From a virus (lineage: Duplodnaviria; Heunggongvirae; Uroviricota; Caudoviricetes): a DNA stretch of 64,000 nt. Every line of letters starts with the position of its first letter. Within the stretch, counting starts at the first letter, position 1. Location: IMG/VR virus record IMGVR_UViG_3300033463_000001, positions 1-64,000 of that record. One strand, given 5' to 3'. Shown in pieces: positions 1 through 10,272 of this stretch. A model generated the notes under the pieces. That model was not told the origin of the DNA, made no database searches, and was given only the letters and a program-made list of their open reading frames with translations. The translations under genes and the position numbers were made by a program.

Positions 1-80
1 GCGACTACTAATTCCGAGTGCCCTAATTACGGGACGTCTACTTCTTTCGAGGAGAGACAATCGCGAAAAGCGTCTGCACT

Positions 81-125
81 ATACTCCCTTCCTAGTCTCG
101 AATTAGGTGGGAGTATTTTTTTTTT
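81..125 (+). terminator. Intrinsic terminator-like hairpin
   Basis: ATACTCCC...GGGAGTAT stem with inner CCTAGT/ATTAGG, followed by a 10-T run. Confidence 0.7.
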
Positions 126-138
126 AACACATTACATT

Positions 139-981
139 ATGACAAACATAGAGAAACGAAATTTCTTTACAAAAGAGCTTAACAGTATTACCGAACCGAA
201 CGTACGTGAGTTCGTTGGTATTGTTCTTGACGGAACCGGCGAGTGGTTCTATCACGACCCTGCATCAACTAGTGGTAAATATCATCCGGCATATGCGCTT
301 GGAGATGGCGGCTTGATGCGCCATACCAGGGCTGTTGCCTATTGGGTCTGTGAGTTAGTTCGTTCTGAGTTGTTCAACGTTAATCCACACCAGACAAACC
401 TGTTGATTGCTGCGGCTATTATGCACGACATCCGTAAACACACTGCAGATGGTGGATACATTGCCAAGCACGCCCGTGCTTCCCACGACCTGATTCTCCA
501 GACACAACGTGAACACCCGGAACTTATTACAACAGAAGACGCAAAGTACATGGCTGATGCCGTATCTACCCACATGGGAATCTGGGGTGTGCGCGACGGG
601 GAGCGTAAACCTACTAGTGATTCTGAGAAGCTCTTGCACATTGCTGATTTAATGGCCAGCCGCAAAGAGGTATTTGTGAATATCTTCGGAACACCGAATG
701 TCGCTGAGTTAAATTTACCCAAGATGCCGTCACTAGACATTGTTGGAGCACCTAAGCCGAAAGAGGAACCGGTAGCTATTGTTGAAGAGACAAAACAGGA
801 GAAAGTAGACGATGGTGGTGATTACGTAATCACATTCGGCCGCAAATACCCGAACAAAACGCTTGCAGAAATCTATCAAATCGATAAAGATTACCTACAC
901 TGGATAGCCGGTGTTAATGATTTCTTCAACCAAGAGGCTCACGATAAAGTCGTAGCATTTCTTGCAACGAAAAAAGCATAA
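139..981 (+). CDS. HD-domain phosphohydrolase (YhaM-like) with C-terminal DUF3820/exoX-C-like domain
   Basis: PAS..YH...GGL..HT, MHD, H.G and LH.AD motifs; C-terminal FGRKY..KTL.EI...D..YL.W. Confidence 0.75.
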   Translation: MTNIEKRNFFTKELNSITEPNVREFVGIVLDGTGEWFYHDPASTSGKYHPAYALGDGGLMRHTRAVAYWVCELVRSELFNVNPHQTNLLIAAAIMHDIRKHTADGGYIAKHARASHDLILQTQREHPELITTEDAKYMADAVSTHMGIWGVRDGERKPTSDSEKLLHIADLMASRKEVFVNIFGTPNVAELNLPKMPSLDIVGAPKPKEEPVAIVEETKQEKVDDGGDYVITFGRKYPNKTLAEIYQIDKDYLHWIAGVNDFFNQEAHDKVVAFLATKKA

Positions 982-1049
982 CTTGACTTTTTAGTTGATG
1001 AAATTCGGGTTTTTCGGACTATATTAGTATTGAGAAAAACATTTGATAT

Positions 1050-1274
1050 ATGTACGAAAAGAGAAACTTAACACGTCTTACCTATGAATGTGGTGAGATG
1101 CGGTGGATTTGGGAAACTCCACATAACGACGCCAGCATTAATGACATTGTTGAGCAATTCTATACAATGCTCGTTGGCTCCACATGGATGCCTGAGACTG
1201 TGTGCCGCGCAATGCAAGAGTTTGCCGAAGAGCGTTTAGAATCTTTGGAAAATTCAGATAAAGATAATGAGTAA
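1050..1274 (+). CDS. Hypothetical protein
   Basis: ORF behind a GGACTATATTAG motif; overlaps the dnaK start. Confidence 0.6.
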   Translation: MYEKRNLTRLTYECGEMRWIWETPHNDASINDIVEQFYTMLVGSTWMPETVCRAMQEFAEERLESLENSDKDNE

Positions 1275-3180
1275 AGTTATTGGTATTGACCTCGGCAGCG
1301 TAAATAGCGCTGTCGCTGTAATGGAAGGTGGAAAACCCACCATTATTATTAACGATGAAGGCGCGCGTACGACCCCATCTGTAATCTCCTTTGCGGATAA
1401 TCAGAGGAAAGTTGGCGGTGCAGCAAAACGCCAAGCCATCACGAAACCGAAAGAGACAGTTGTTCTCATCAAGCGTTTCATGGGTGGTACATATGATGAG
1501 GTGCAAAAGAGTCTTAGTCATGTGAACTACGATGTTGTCAACGAAGCCGGCAAGCCGCGCGTAAAGATTAACGACCGTCTGTATACGCCTGAGGAGCTAT
1601 CCGCTATGATTCTCACTAAAATGAAATCTACTTCAGAGAACTTCCTTGGTACTGATGTAAAAGACGCTGTTATTACCGTTCCTGCATTCTTCGACAACGC
1701 CGCGAAAGAGGCAACGAAACGTGCTGGTGAACTTGCCGGCCTGAATGTGCTTCGATTGGTAGCAGAGCCTACCGCTGCAATTCTAGCATCCAATCTGGAC
1801 ATGGATAAAGGTGGTAAGTATATGGTAGCCGACTACGGTGGAGCTACATGTGATTTCTCTATCGCCGATATCTCTGATAAGGTTGTGGAGATTCTCGCAA
1901 GCAACGGTGACGTGTACCTTGGCGGTAGTGATATTGACAAACTCTTCTCTGACTACCTCATTGGTGAATTCAAAAACCAGACCGGTATTGACGTGTCTAA
2001 CGACCCCATCGCAATGTCACGTGTATTCGAGTCGGCCGAGAAGGCAAAGATTGAGTTGTCGACAACAACAGCTACTGAAATCAACCTCCCGTACCTTGGC
2101 GTTAAGGATGGACAGCCGCAGCACCTGATGTTGACTGTAACCCGTGCAAAGTTCGAGCAGATTATCGACCCGGAAATCCAGAAGGTTATGAAATGCGCTA
2201 AAGAAGCATTGGCACAATCCAAGCTGAGCGCGAGTGACCTTAACGGTATCGTTCTTGTTGGTGGTTCCACTCGTATCCCGAAAGTTCAGGAAGAGTTGAA
2301 AAATACGTTCGGTGCACCACTTATCAAGAACGTTAACCCTGACGAAGTTGTAGCACTTGGTGCAGCAGTTCAAGGGGATATCCTCAATGGTGGTAGCTCT
2401 GATTTGCTTCTGCTTGACGTAACTGCAATTCCTTACGGTATTGAGACGATGGGCGGTGTGATGACAACCTTGGTTGAGGCTAACACAACTATTCCTACCG
2501 GAAAAGAACAAGTGTTCACTACCGCAGTTGACAACCAACCGTCAGTAACCATCAATGTCTACCAGGGATTCCGTCCTATGGTGAAAGACAACAAAAAGAT
2601 TGGTGAGTTCAATCTCGATGGTATAATGCCTTCAGGACGCGGTGTCCCACAGATTCTGGTGAAGTTCGACATTGATGCAAATGGTATCTTGAAGGTTAGT
2701 GCTACTGATAAGGCTACCGGTAAAGAGCAACACATTTCAATCAGTGATGCATCCGGTCTTAGTCAGAACGACATTGAACGTATGAAAGCTGAAGCAGAGA
2801 AATTTGCCGAAGAGGACAAGAGAGCTAAACAAGATGCCGACTCGCTCAACAAGGCAGACGCGACCATCATTCAGATTGAGAAGCTATTGAAAGATAACGC
2901 GGATAAACTCCAGGAGTCTGACAAGAGCGCAATCGAAACTGAGTTGAATAAACTGAAGGATGCCTACAGTAAACGCGATGTTGCTGCATGTAACGAAAGC
3001 GTCGATAGGGTAATGAAAGCATTCCAGGATGTAAGCTCGCGACTGTACGGTCAACAGCAACAACAAGGTGCCGGACAACCGTTCGACTTTGTGAATGAAC
3101 TCAACAAAGCGCGCCAGAATCAACAACCTGGTAACACGAAACAAAACGTTGATGATGTTACCTTTGAAGAGGTTAAGTAA
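1267..3180 (+). CDS. dnaK: Hsp70 chaperone DnaK
   Basis: [57 protein letters not shown]; 637 aa. Confidence 0.98.
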   Translation: MSKVIGIDLGSVNSAVAVMEGGKPTIIINDEGARTTPSVISFADNQRKVGGAAKRQAITKPKETVVLIKRFMGGTYDEVQKSLSHVNYDVVNEAGKPRVKINDRLYTPEELSAMILTKMKSTSENFLGTDVKDAVITVPAFFDNAAKEATKRAGELAGLNVLRLVAEPTAAILASNLDMDKGGKYMVADYGGATCDFSIADISDKVVEILASNGDVYLGGSDIDKLFSDYLIGEFKNQTGIDVSNDPIAMSRVFESAEKAKIELSTTTATEINLPYLGVKDGQPQHLMLTVTRAKFEQIIDPEIQKVMKCAKEALAQSKLSASDLNGIVLVGGSTRIPKVQEELKNTFGAPLIKNVNPDEVVALGAAVQGDILNGGSSDLLLLDVTAIPYGIETMGGVMTTLVEANTTIPTGKEQVFTTAVDNQPSVTINVYQGFRPMVKDNKKIGEFNLDGIMPSGRGVPQILVKFDIDANGILKVSATDKATGKEQHISISDASGLSQNDIERMKAEAEKFAEEDKRAKQDADSLNKADATIIQIEKLLKDNADKLQESDKSAIETELNKLKDAYSKRDVAACNESVDRVMKAFQDVSSRLYGQQQQQGAGQPFDFVNELNKARQNQQPGNTKQNVDDVTFEEVK

Positions 3181-3185
3181 GAATG

Positions 3186-3213
3186 GTGGAGGTTAACGCC
3201 TCCACTTTTTTTT
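3186..3213 (+). terminator. Intrinsic terminator after dnaK
   Basis: GTGGAGG/CCTCCAC stem followed by a T run. Confidence 0.85.
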
Positions 3214-3251
3214 ATTTGTTTCGGAAAAAAGGGACTATATTAGCTGTGGAT

Positions 3252-3860
3252 ATGAAAAAAATACTCGTTATATTAGCGTGCATCGCATCCATATCGTTGG
3301 CGAATGCGCATGAACTTGGTTTCGACATTGGTTGGAACCAGAGTATTAAACATAGCGGTGGCATCACCATAGGATTTGAGTACACCCATAATCACGCAAT
3401 CGTTGGTTTTGATGTATGCTCGGATATTACCGGCCGTATGCCTAACGCACAAAATCCAACGAGGACACAAGTCGACATTTCCGGACACGCTAGGCTTGGA
3501 TACCAATTCAACTGTGGTGTTGGATTCGGAGCGCTAATTGGTGGTTATCGCATGGCTGTAGAGTATCTTGGTGAGTATTATTACGACGAGGTGTACCGGT
3601 ATGGTTATTATTATCCAACATACACATACTATACCCCTTATTATAACGAAACGTTTGTAGTTAAACGCCGCAAAGGTGTGTCGTATGCCTACATGAATGG
3701 GTTTGATGGCGGACTATTTGTTTCGTATAAATTCGCACTATCACCAATGTCCTGCATGTATGTACTCGGAATGGTCACATGCCGGACAAAACTTGAATCA
3801 TTTATAGACGGCCTGTGTGCAGGTTTAACTTTAGGTTTTAGTTTCAACGTAGAACAATGA
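3252..3860 (+). CDS. Secreted outer-membrane beta-barrel-like protein
   Basis: Signal peptide MKKILVILACIASISLANA (start moved to ATG 3252, after the promoter motif); alternating beta strands; terminal LTLGFSF. Confidence 0.6.
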   Translation: MKKILVILACIASISLANAHELGFDIGWNQSIKHSGGITIGFEYTHNHAIVGFDVCSDITGRMPNAQNPTRTQVDISGHARLGYQFNCGVGFGALIGGYRMAVEYLGEYYYDEVYRYGYYYPTYTYYTPYYNETFVVKRRKGVSYAYMNGFDGGLFVSYKFALSPMSCMYVLGMVTCRTKLESFIDGLCAGLTLGFSFNVEQ

Positions 3861-5338
3861 GATTAGATAAAGAAAAAATATTAGCATTACAGAACGCGAC
3901 CGAGTTGCTCAAAGAGCGTCCGGACGATTTGCGCAGATTGAAGCTTGTTGGCTCCATTGCCGATGAGCTTGGTGTTGAATGTTATGTCGTTGGCGGTTAT
4001 GTTCGCGACTTGCTGCTTGACATTGACAACTGTGATTACGACTTCGTGGTTGTTGGACGCGGCATTGATGTAGCAAAACTACTAGCAGACAAAACTGGTG
4101 GGAAACTATCTATCTACGAAAGCTATGGAACGGCCAGTGTGATGGTAACTGAGAAAGAAACCGGAGAACAAGTTGAGTTTGAGTTCGTTGGAGCCAGGAA
4201 AGAGTTTTATCACCGTGAAAGTAGAAACCCCATTGTAGAGGATGGAACACTTGAAGATGATATCAACAGGCGCGACCTAACCATAAACGCAATGGCCATT
4301 ACTGTAACAGCCGTTGCATTTGGTGATATCATTGATGTGCACGGTGGTAAAAAAGACTTAATGAGTGGCATTATCCGGACTGTTGGTGTTCCGGAGGATA
4401 GGTTCAACGAAGACCCTCTGCGTATTATGCGCGCCGCACGTTTCGCTTCAAAGTTGGGGTTTGATATCGAACCGGCAACACTCAAAGCAATGAAGTCTCT
4501 TGCTCACCGCCTTGATATTATCACAAGGGAGCGTATCACGGAAGAGGTTAACAAAATCCTCCTTTCCAGGCGTCCGTCTATTGGATTCACTAAGCTGCAA
4601 GAGTGTGGCGTATTGGATTATGCAGTACCTGGCCTTGAGGCGTTGACTATTCAACATTACGCTGAGTTCACGTCGCACAAGAACATTTTCTATCACACAA
4701 TGGTTGTTCTTGACCATATGGCAGAGCACAACCCAACACTTGCTAACCTATGGGCTGCATTGCTGCACGACATTGCCAAACCTGCTTGTTGTGCATACGA
4801 TTATAACGAACATAAGTGGACGTTCTATATGCACGAACACTATGGCGCCGAGATGGCAGAGGATATCTGCACTCAATGCATGCTGTCAAAAGCCGATATA
4901 AAGCACATTAAGAAGCTGATTGAGTTCCATATGGTTCCGGCTCAATTAAGCGACGAGAACGTCTCCGATAAGGCAATACGGCGCTTTATGTATCTTGCCG
5001 GAGATGAAGTAGACGACATAATATTGCTTAGTGATTGCGATATGTCTACGGCGCACCCGGAAAAGATTGCACGTTACCTCGAAAACAACATGCGGCTGAG
5101 GCTTAGGATTCGTACTATTGAGATGCAGGATAGCCTCGCCAAGTTCAAACTCGCAATCGACGGTAATGACATCTCGGAACGTTGCCACATACCAATGGGT
5201 AGGATGATAGGTAAGATTAAATCATATCTTGAAGGTATCGTTGTGGATGGAGAAATACCAAACTCGCGAGATGTGCTTCTAGGGCTCCTGGATACATACC
5301 ACGATGGTTCCATTAACGGAGTACAGCTGGAACAATAA
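3857..5338 (+). CDS. cca: CCA-adding tRNA nucleotidyltransferase with HD domain
   Basis: VGGYVRD, DYD, RRDLTINAMA, EDPLRIMRAARF, ERI.EE.KIL, LLHDIAKP. Confidence 0.95.
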   Translation: MRLDKEKILALQNATELLKERPDDLRRLKLVGSIADELGVECYVVGGYVRDLLLDIDNCDYDFVVVGRGIDVAKLLADKTGGKLSIYESYGTASVMVTEKETGEQVEFEFVGARKEFYHRESRNPIVEDGTLEDDINRRDLTINAMAITVTAVAFGDIIDVHGGKKDLMSGIIRTVGVPEDRFNEDPLRIMRAARFASKLGFDIEPATLKAMKSLAHRLDIITRERITEEVNKILLSRRPSIGFTKLQECGVLDYAVPGLEALTIQHYAEFTSHKNIFYHTMVVLDHMAEHNPTLANLWAALLHDIAKPACCAYDYNEHKWTFYMHEHYGAEMAEDICTQCMLSKADIKHIKKLIEFHMVPAQLSDENVSDKAIRRFMYLAGDEVDDIILLSDCDMSTAHPEKIARYLENNMRLRLRIRTIEMQDSLAKFKLAIDGNDISERCHIPMGRMIGKIKSYLEGIVVDGEIPNSRDVLLGLLDTYHDGSINGVQLEQ

Positions 5339-5370
5339 AAAAAACTGGTGCTTTGCGGCATCAGTTTTTT
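5337..5370. terminator. Bidirectional terminator between convergent genes
   Basis: A run, CTGGTGC/GCATCAG stem, T run. Confidence 0.8.
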
Positions 5371-5374
5371 GTTG

Positions 5375-5857
5375 TTAATCATCCCATTCAGGATAATCCG
5401 GCTCGTAGTGGTCGTATAGGTAATCTAGTAAATTATCGTCGAAGAGAATCTCCTCAATAGCCTCTTTAATCCACTTCAACTCATCCGGAGTTAGTTCAAT
5501 AACACGGTCTCCTTGCTTGAGTTGTAGATTGTCAACGGAAGCGTGAGTAATTTCTATCTCACCACCTTCTGCAGGCTGCCAATACGTTGCCGGGTAGTAG
5601 CGTGTTTTGTGATAGCGCAAATCAGCGTCACCGGTTACAGTAATTTCAACATAATCATCATATCCTTCCGGCGCAACAGAAAGTGTTCCCTCAAAATCAC
5701 TTCCACCATGGTAATCAAAGTCCGGTTCGCTATCACCGCTTTGAATTGAATTGATGATATCCTGGCCGGTTACTTGCGGTTCCTCTATGCCTTCCTGGAG
5801 CTTCATGCGAACGCGTTCTGCCACTGCTTCGCAAAGCATGTTCAAATTATTATTCAT
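5375..5857 (-). CDS. Acidic hypothetical protein (late class)
   Basis: ATG 5857 lies 34 nt after a TATTTAT motif. Confidence 0.7.
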   Translation of the reverse strand: MNNNLNMLCEAVAERVRMKLQEGIEEPQVTGQDIINSIQSGDSEPDFDYHGGSDFEGTLSVAPEGYDDYVEITVTGDADLRYHKTRYYPATYWQPAEGGEIEITHASVDNLQLKQGDRVIELTPDELKWIKEAIEEILFDDNLLDYLYDHYEPDYPEWDD

Positions 5858-5974
5858 TGTTGTATGTATATTTCTTTCTTGTGCTATACAATAAATACCT
5901 TGACAAATGTATAACCTGATGTTATTGGTCAAAAATTAACGATGTGACTATTTATTGATAGTTAAGTTTGAATC

Positions 5975-6376
5975 ATGGATAACACGATTAGAATAAACCA
6001 GACAGCATTAAAGCATCTCGTCAGTGAGTCTCTTGTTCGTATTATAGAAGGCAACATCATTCGCCAGCTCGGCATCAATAAAGAAGAGGCCGAAAAGAAG
6101 CTACGCCAGGCAACCAGGAAACATTTCAACGGAGAGAAGAGTATGGACTTGGTTGAAATGGCAGAGCATGAAACGCACATCGTTGTAGACGCGTTCGGTG
6201 ACGAGTTCGATGATGAGTGGCTTGACGATGACAACTACCTGTGGTTCATGGGTATTATCCGCGATGAGTTTATCAAGATGGGAGGTACGTACGACACAAT
6301 GGACGATGACGACCATGTTAAGATGCTCAAGAAAAAAGTCCTTGAAGCATTAGGCCGTCTCACTAGTCCAGCGTGA
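5975..6376 (+). CDS. Hypothetical protein with N-terminal LxxLVxES helix (late class)
   Basis: TATTTAT at 5949-5955; N-terminus IRINQTALKHLVSESLVRIIE. Confidence 0.7.
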   Translation: MDNTIRINQTALKHLVSESLVRIIEGNIIRQLGINKEEAEKKLRQATRKHFNGEKSMDLVEMAEHETHIVVDAFGDEFDDEWLDDDNYLWFMGIIRDEFIKMGGTYDTMDDDDHVKMLKKKVLEALGRLTSPA

Positions 6377-6709
6377 TACACTATACATCCTTAGCTTTTG
6401 AAGCATGACGCATTCTGCAGCGGATAAGTGGTAGAACGCCACGACATCTCCATATTTCTCTTTATCGTACGGAGCATTATAAACCACATTCAACGGTGTT
6501 ACCAGCAAATCTAATACCAGCGACTGTTGGTTTTCTTTTTGATACGAGCCCATTGCGTAATAAAGGCCACGCGTGGTTTCCATTAAGAACATGCTCTTAT
6601 CGGTGAAAACTTTTGGCATAACCTTGCGCGTAACCAGAAAGTCCTGTTTCTTACTGCTGGTTCCAAAGTCGTCAAAATAATCTTTTAGAGCTAATTTCTC
6701 AATATCCAT
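6350..6709 (-). CDS. Hypothetical protein
   Basis: ORF directly behind GGGACTATATTAG (6732-6744). Confidence 0.7.
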   Translation of the reverse strand: MDIEKLALKDYFDDFGTSSKKQDFLVTRKVMPKVFTDKSMFLMETTRGLYYAMGSYQKENQQSLVLDLLVTPLNVVYNAPYDKEKYGDVVAFYHLSAAECVMLQKLRMYSVSRWTSETA

Positions 6710-6813
6710 AGTATAATTCGTTTATTCGATACTAATATAGTCCCAAATTGGCTAAAACAAGGCAAAAATAGCGTGGTATTTGGTATTTATTGTTGTAATA
6801 CTTTTCAATAGCA

Positions 6814-7716
6814 ATGAAGAATAACATTAATGAAGCTTTTCAAAGCAACATCATTAGGGACTTTTCAAATAGGTTTGGAGGTCTGTCCGCAAGCAATTGT
6901 GCTGCCGAAGTAACCGACGACATGATTCGTGATGACTCCATCACTGATAACTATCAGGATGTACCGAAATCGCAATCGGATGACAACATCCTCGTCCTCC
7001 GGAGTAATAACAACAACTGGTTGATTCTACAGTTAGACCCAACTAAGCTGCCGGATGGTATGCAAAAACGTCTTGGATGGGGTGGTTGGAGTTTCTCTAA
7101 AAACGAGCGCGACCATCAGCGCGACATGAGTGGCCAATACGACCTGTCGACGCATAGGTACCTCGACTACGACAAACAACCAAAATATCGTTATCATTCA
7201 AAACGTGGAGCACACGCACCGTTCGATTCGGAAGAATATCAGAATATGGCGTATTGGAGGCAGCAAGGCAATTTCCGCAAGGCTAAAGTTGCTGAGAATG
7301 TTGAGCGCGTGATGAACAGTATTGTAAAAGAGTCTATTGACAGTTACTGGACGGAAGTTAACACTGCCGAGAATGGTGGAGAACCGTATATGGTTGGTAT
7401 GTGGTGCGGTTCCGGATACCTCCTTGACACATTCAAGGTGTTCGCAAACAACGAAGAGGAGGCACTCTACTTGGTTGTATCATACCTTGACACACACAAC
7501 ATCAATTCACTGTTCCTAGACGACTGGGTAACACGCGAACATGCCGAGTATGAGCAAGAGCATCCGGAAGATGAAACGCTTGAAGGCTTCTGGGAGAGGT
7601 TGGATAATGACGATACGATAATGTACGTTGACGCAACTACAGACGGTGCTGAATCACCTCACTGGATTTACGCTGAGAACCTGAGAATCACACCGTGGCC
7701 GGAAGAACTTAACTAA
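6814..7716 (+). CDS. Hypothetical protein (late class)
   Basis: 300-aa ORF, TATTTAT at 6784-6790, terminator hairpin at about 7718-7755. Confidence 0.75.
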   Translation: MKNNINEAFQSNIIRDFSNRFGGLSASNCAAEVTDDMIRDDSITDNYQDVPKSQSDDNILVLRSNNNNWLILQLDPTKLPDGMQKRLGWGGWSFSKNERDHQRDMSGQYDLSTHRYLDYDKQPKYRYHSKRGAHAPFDSEEYQNMAYWRQQGNFRKAKVAENVERVMNSIVKESIDSYWTEVNTAENGGEPYMVGMWCGSGYLLDTFKVFANNEEEALYLVVSYLDTHNINSLFLDDWVTREHAEYEQEHPEDETLEGFWERLDNDDTIMYVDATTDGAESPHWIYAENLRITPWPEELN

Positions 7717-7737
7717 GAAAAAGAAAGAGAGATGGAA

Positions 7738-8196
7738 TCAACCACCTCTCTTTTTGTTTGCTATCATGCCAAGTAGCACATCTTTATCCTTACTCTGCAT
7801 AATGTATTCGTAACGCTCTTTGACGAGCTTAACGGCCTCATCATTTGTCACACCAAGATTCTTTGCAAGTTTCTCTGTCGCAATGCTTAGTGCCAATGCT
7901 TGCATAGCGACATGTTTGTCTGTTGGGTTCTTTGGCTGCCCAAGCGTCAGGAGTACGTCGTTTGTTATCTTGTGTTGCTCTAGGAATAGGAGTAGTGTTA
8001 CACACTTGTCCAGTAACTCACTGTTTTGTTTCAGGCGTTTGAAATACGTTTCATTCATGGTACATGTTGTTCCGTCTTTTGACAGTTTATACACCTTCTT
8101 GAATTCTGAATTTGGAACAAGTGTTTCTGCCCCATCGATGATGATTACATATCCTGATTTAGTCTTCTCTTTGACTTGGTAAATTGGGTTCTCCAT
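7738..8196 (-). CDS. Hypothetical protein
   Basis: 152-aa ORF. Confidence 0.7.
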   Translation of the reverse strand: MENPIYQVKEKTKSGYVIIIDGAETLVPNSEFKKVYKLSKDGTTCTMNETYFKRLKQNSELLDKCVTLLLFLEQHKITNDVLLTLGQPKNPTDKHVAMQALALSIATEKLAKNLGVTNDEAVKLVKERYEYIMQSKDKDVLLGMIANKKRGG

Positions 8197-8446
8197 GATG
8201 ATTTTTTTCCTTGTTTTTATATGTCTAAAACCTGTCTTTTTCGACTGTTTTCTGCAAATTATGCACGAAAAAATGTGTAATTTTGTGCATTTTTACGCGT
8301 TTTTCTTCACCAGCTTATAAAGTTAAAAGTGTCAATTTTGGTTTAAAATGCTGTATTTCAGGCATTTATTTCATTGAAAAATGCCGAAAATCGCATGTGA
8401 AGCACAACATCTTCGATAAAACTAGTTAATTTCGTTTATTTTTCAC

Positions 8447-9478
8447 TCATTTTGTGCTGCCGAAAGTGACGTTGCTTAACATATCAAGAGCACGTTTGGT
8501 GTAGTCCTCATCCATAGACACAACGTTATACAAGTCGCTACCCATAATGGCATTCGTAAGGATGAGTGGGTTGTGCGAAATGATGATGATTTGTACACCA
8601 GTTGTCTTGAACAATCCGGGTAAGAAATTCGTATATAGACCCCAAACGTTTGCAATGTCGAGTGACTTATCCAGCTCATCAAACAGCATAGTTATCGGAG
8701 CTACTTTGGTATAGTTGTCGAATTTGGAATAATACTGTTCCTGTACACGAAATGCTTTTTGCCATGAGTCGTTTGCGCTTAGGAAACGTTTCCCTTTCAC
8801 CTTTAATATATTCTCCATGGACGTCGGGTGTTGAGCTATCTCTTGCAGCTTCTTAATCATAAAAGCAGATTTCTGTCCGAGAGAGATTCTATCCTTCATC
8901 CAGACATAACTAACCTCCTCCATCGTATTGGATAACACTGAGCCGGTCAGGTCACCAATAGAGTGTCCACTCCTGCTTTCGAAGTTGTGATAGTAGATAG
9001 GTATTCCGTCCCAGGCAACCTTTACTGAATTCATCTGAGCCTTCGCCACTTTCTCTTTGACATTCGCAACAGACTCTCGCTTGTTGAAGAAGCCAAACAA
9101 CTCCACTGGCTCTAATATACTACTAAACCCATCTTTCACAAGCGCAGTGCCTGCAATGGCTTTGAGTATTGTCGTCTTTCCACTACCGTTAGGCCCGAAG
9201 ATGACGTTAATCTTATCCTGCACGAAATTGAATTTGCGGCCAACCATTAGCTTAGCGCAAGGAAGATTGAATTCTCCCTTGTGTTTGTTGTATACTTTCA
9301 ACTCTTCCTTATACTCAGCGAGGCTTTGATTATATTTTTCCTCATTGAAAATATATTTATGAGTATTGAAATCCCATGAGTTGAAATCACTGTCTCGCTT
9401 GTTTGGCTTTACCGGCTTCTCATACTCTTGATAGATGTAGCCATTACCAGTCTTCGGAAATTCTACGCTTGATACCAT
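8447..9478 (-). CDS. ABC/AAA-type P-loop ATPase
   Basis: Walker A GPNGSGKT, signature-like SLGQ, Walker B MLFDELD, H-loop IISH. Confidence 0.85.
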   Translation of the reverse strand: MVSSVEFPKTGNGYIYQEYEKPVKPNKRDSDFNSWDFNTHKYIFNEEKYNQSLAEYKEELKVYNKHKGEFNLPCAKLMVGRKFNFVQDKINVIFGPNGSGKTTILKAIAGTALVKDGFSSILEPVELFGFFNKRESVANVKEKVAKAQMNSVKVAWDGIPIYYHNFESRSGHSIGDLTGSVLSNTMEEVSYVWMKDRISLGQKSAFMIKKLQEIAQHPTSMENILKVKGKRFLSANDSWQKAFRVQEQYYSKFDNYTKVAPITMLFDELDKSLDIANVWGLYTNFLPGLFKTTGVQIIIISHNPLILTNAIMGSDLYNVVSMDEDYTKRALDMLSNVTFGSTK

Positions 9479-9780
9479 GTCAGAAGTTTTCCTTTATAAA
9501 TTTAACAATATCTTTTGGCTGATTTTCGTTTTTTGTATTCTTCCACTCATCGTATAGTTCAACGATGCGTGATATGCTTTTGTCACTTGGGTGACTGTCA
9601 GAGTATTTACCAACAAGTACTGGAATGCTAGTCCGATACTGTTCCGGTACACACCGCTGGAATACCGTGTATCCCCACTCTGTTGCTTGTAAGTCTGCTA
9701 CGTTATTCATAAGTTTATCTTTCTATGTTAATATAGTCCCTTTTTCGGAATAACAAACGCTTGTTTTCGTATTTATTGGT

Positions 9781-10272
9781 ATGATGAATGACATCCAAAT
9801 TGATAAGACTGTATCTGCTATTCTGCAGCAGGTCAATACATACATAAAGCAGTATCTCGGTGCTGACTATAGTGTTTCTATCGTTGACAGCGAATCAGAA
9901 ATGACAGATTCCTGGGTTGCCGAGTACCACTCCGGTTCCGTGTTTGATAGAGACATTGAGATATCATTTAACAAGAATACCTGGGTGAAGTGCGCCAACG
10001 AAGAGGAGTTTACATACCAGGAATGCTTAGAGGATTTGAGCGTGACGATTTGGCATGAGGTAGGCCACGCCATCTATGAACTTCTGATAGACTATGACGA
10101 TAACGGTGCTTTCGACGACGAGCAGGAAAGTAATATAGTTAACATCATCCAATCACTCGACAGTAACGAGGAGAACGTAGTAGAAGAATTTGGAATCTAC
10201 ATGGCCGGATATGGAGATGAAAGTTCATTGGCACGAGCTATCGACGAATACGACAGAATGTATAACAATTAA
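9781..10272 (+). CDS. Putative zinc metallopeptidase
   Basis: HEVGH motif with downstream EE..VEEF; TATTTAT at 9770-9776. Confidence 0.6.
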   Translation: MMNDIQIDKTVSAILQQVNTYIKQYLGADYSVSIVDSESEMTDSWVAEYHSGSVFDRDIEISFNKNTWVKCANEEEFTYQECLEDLSVTIWHEVGHAIYELLIDYDDNGAFDDEQESNIVNIIQSLDSNEENVVEEFGIYMAGYGDESSLARAIDEYDRMYNN

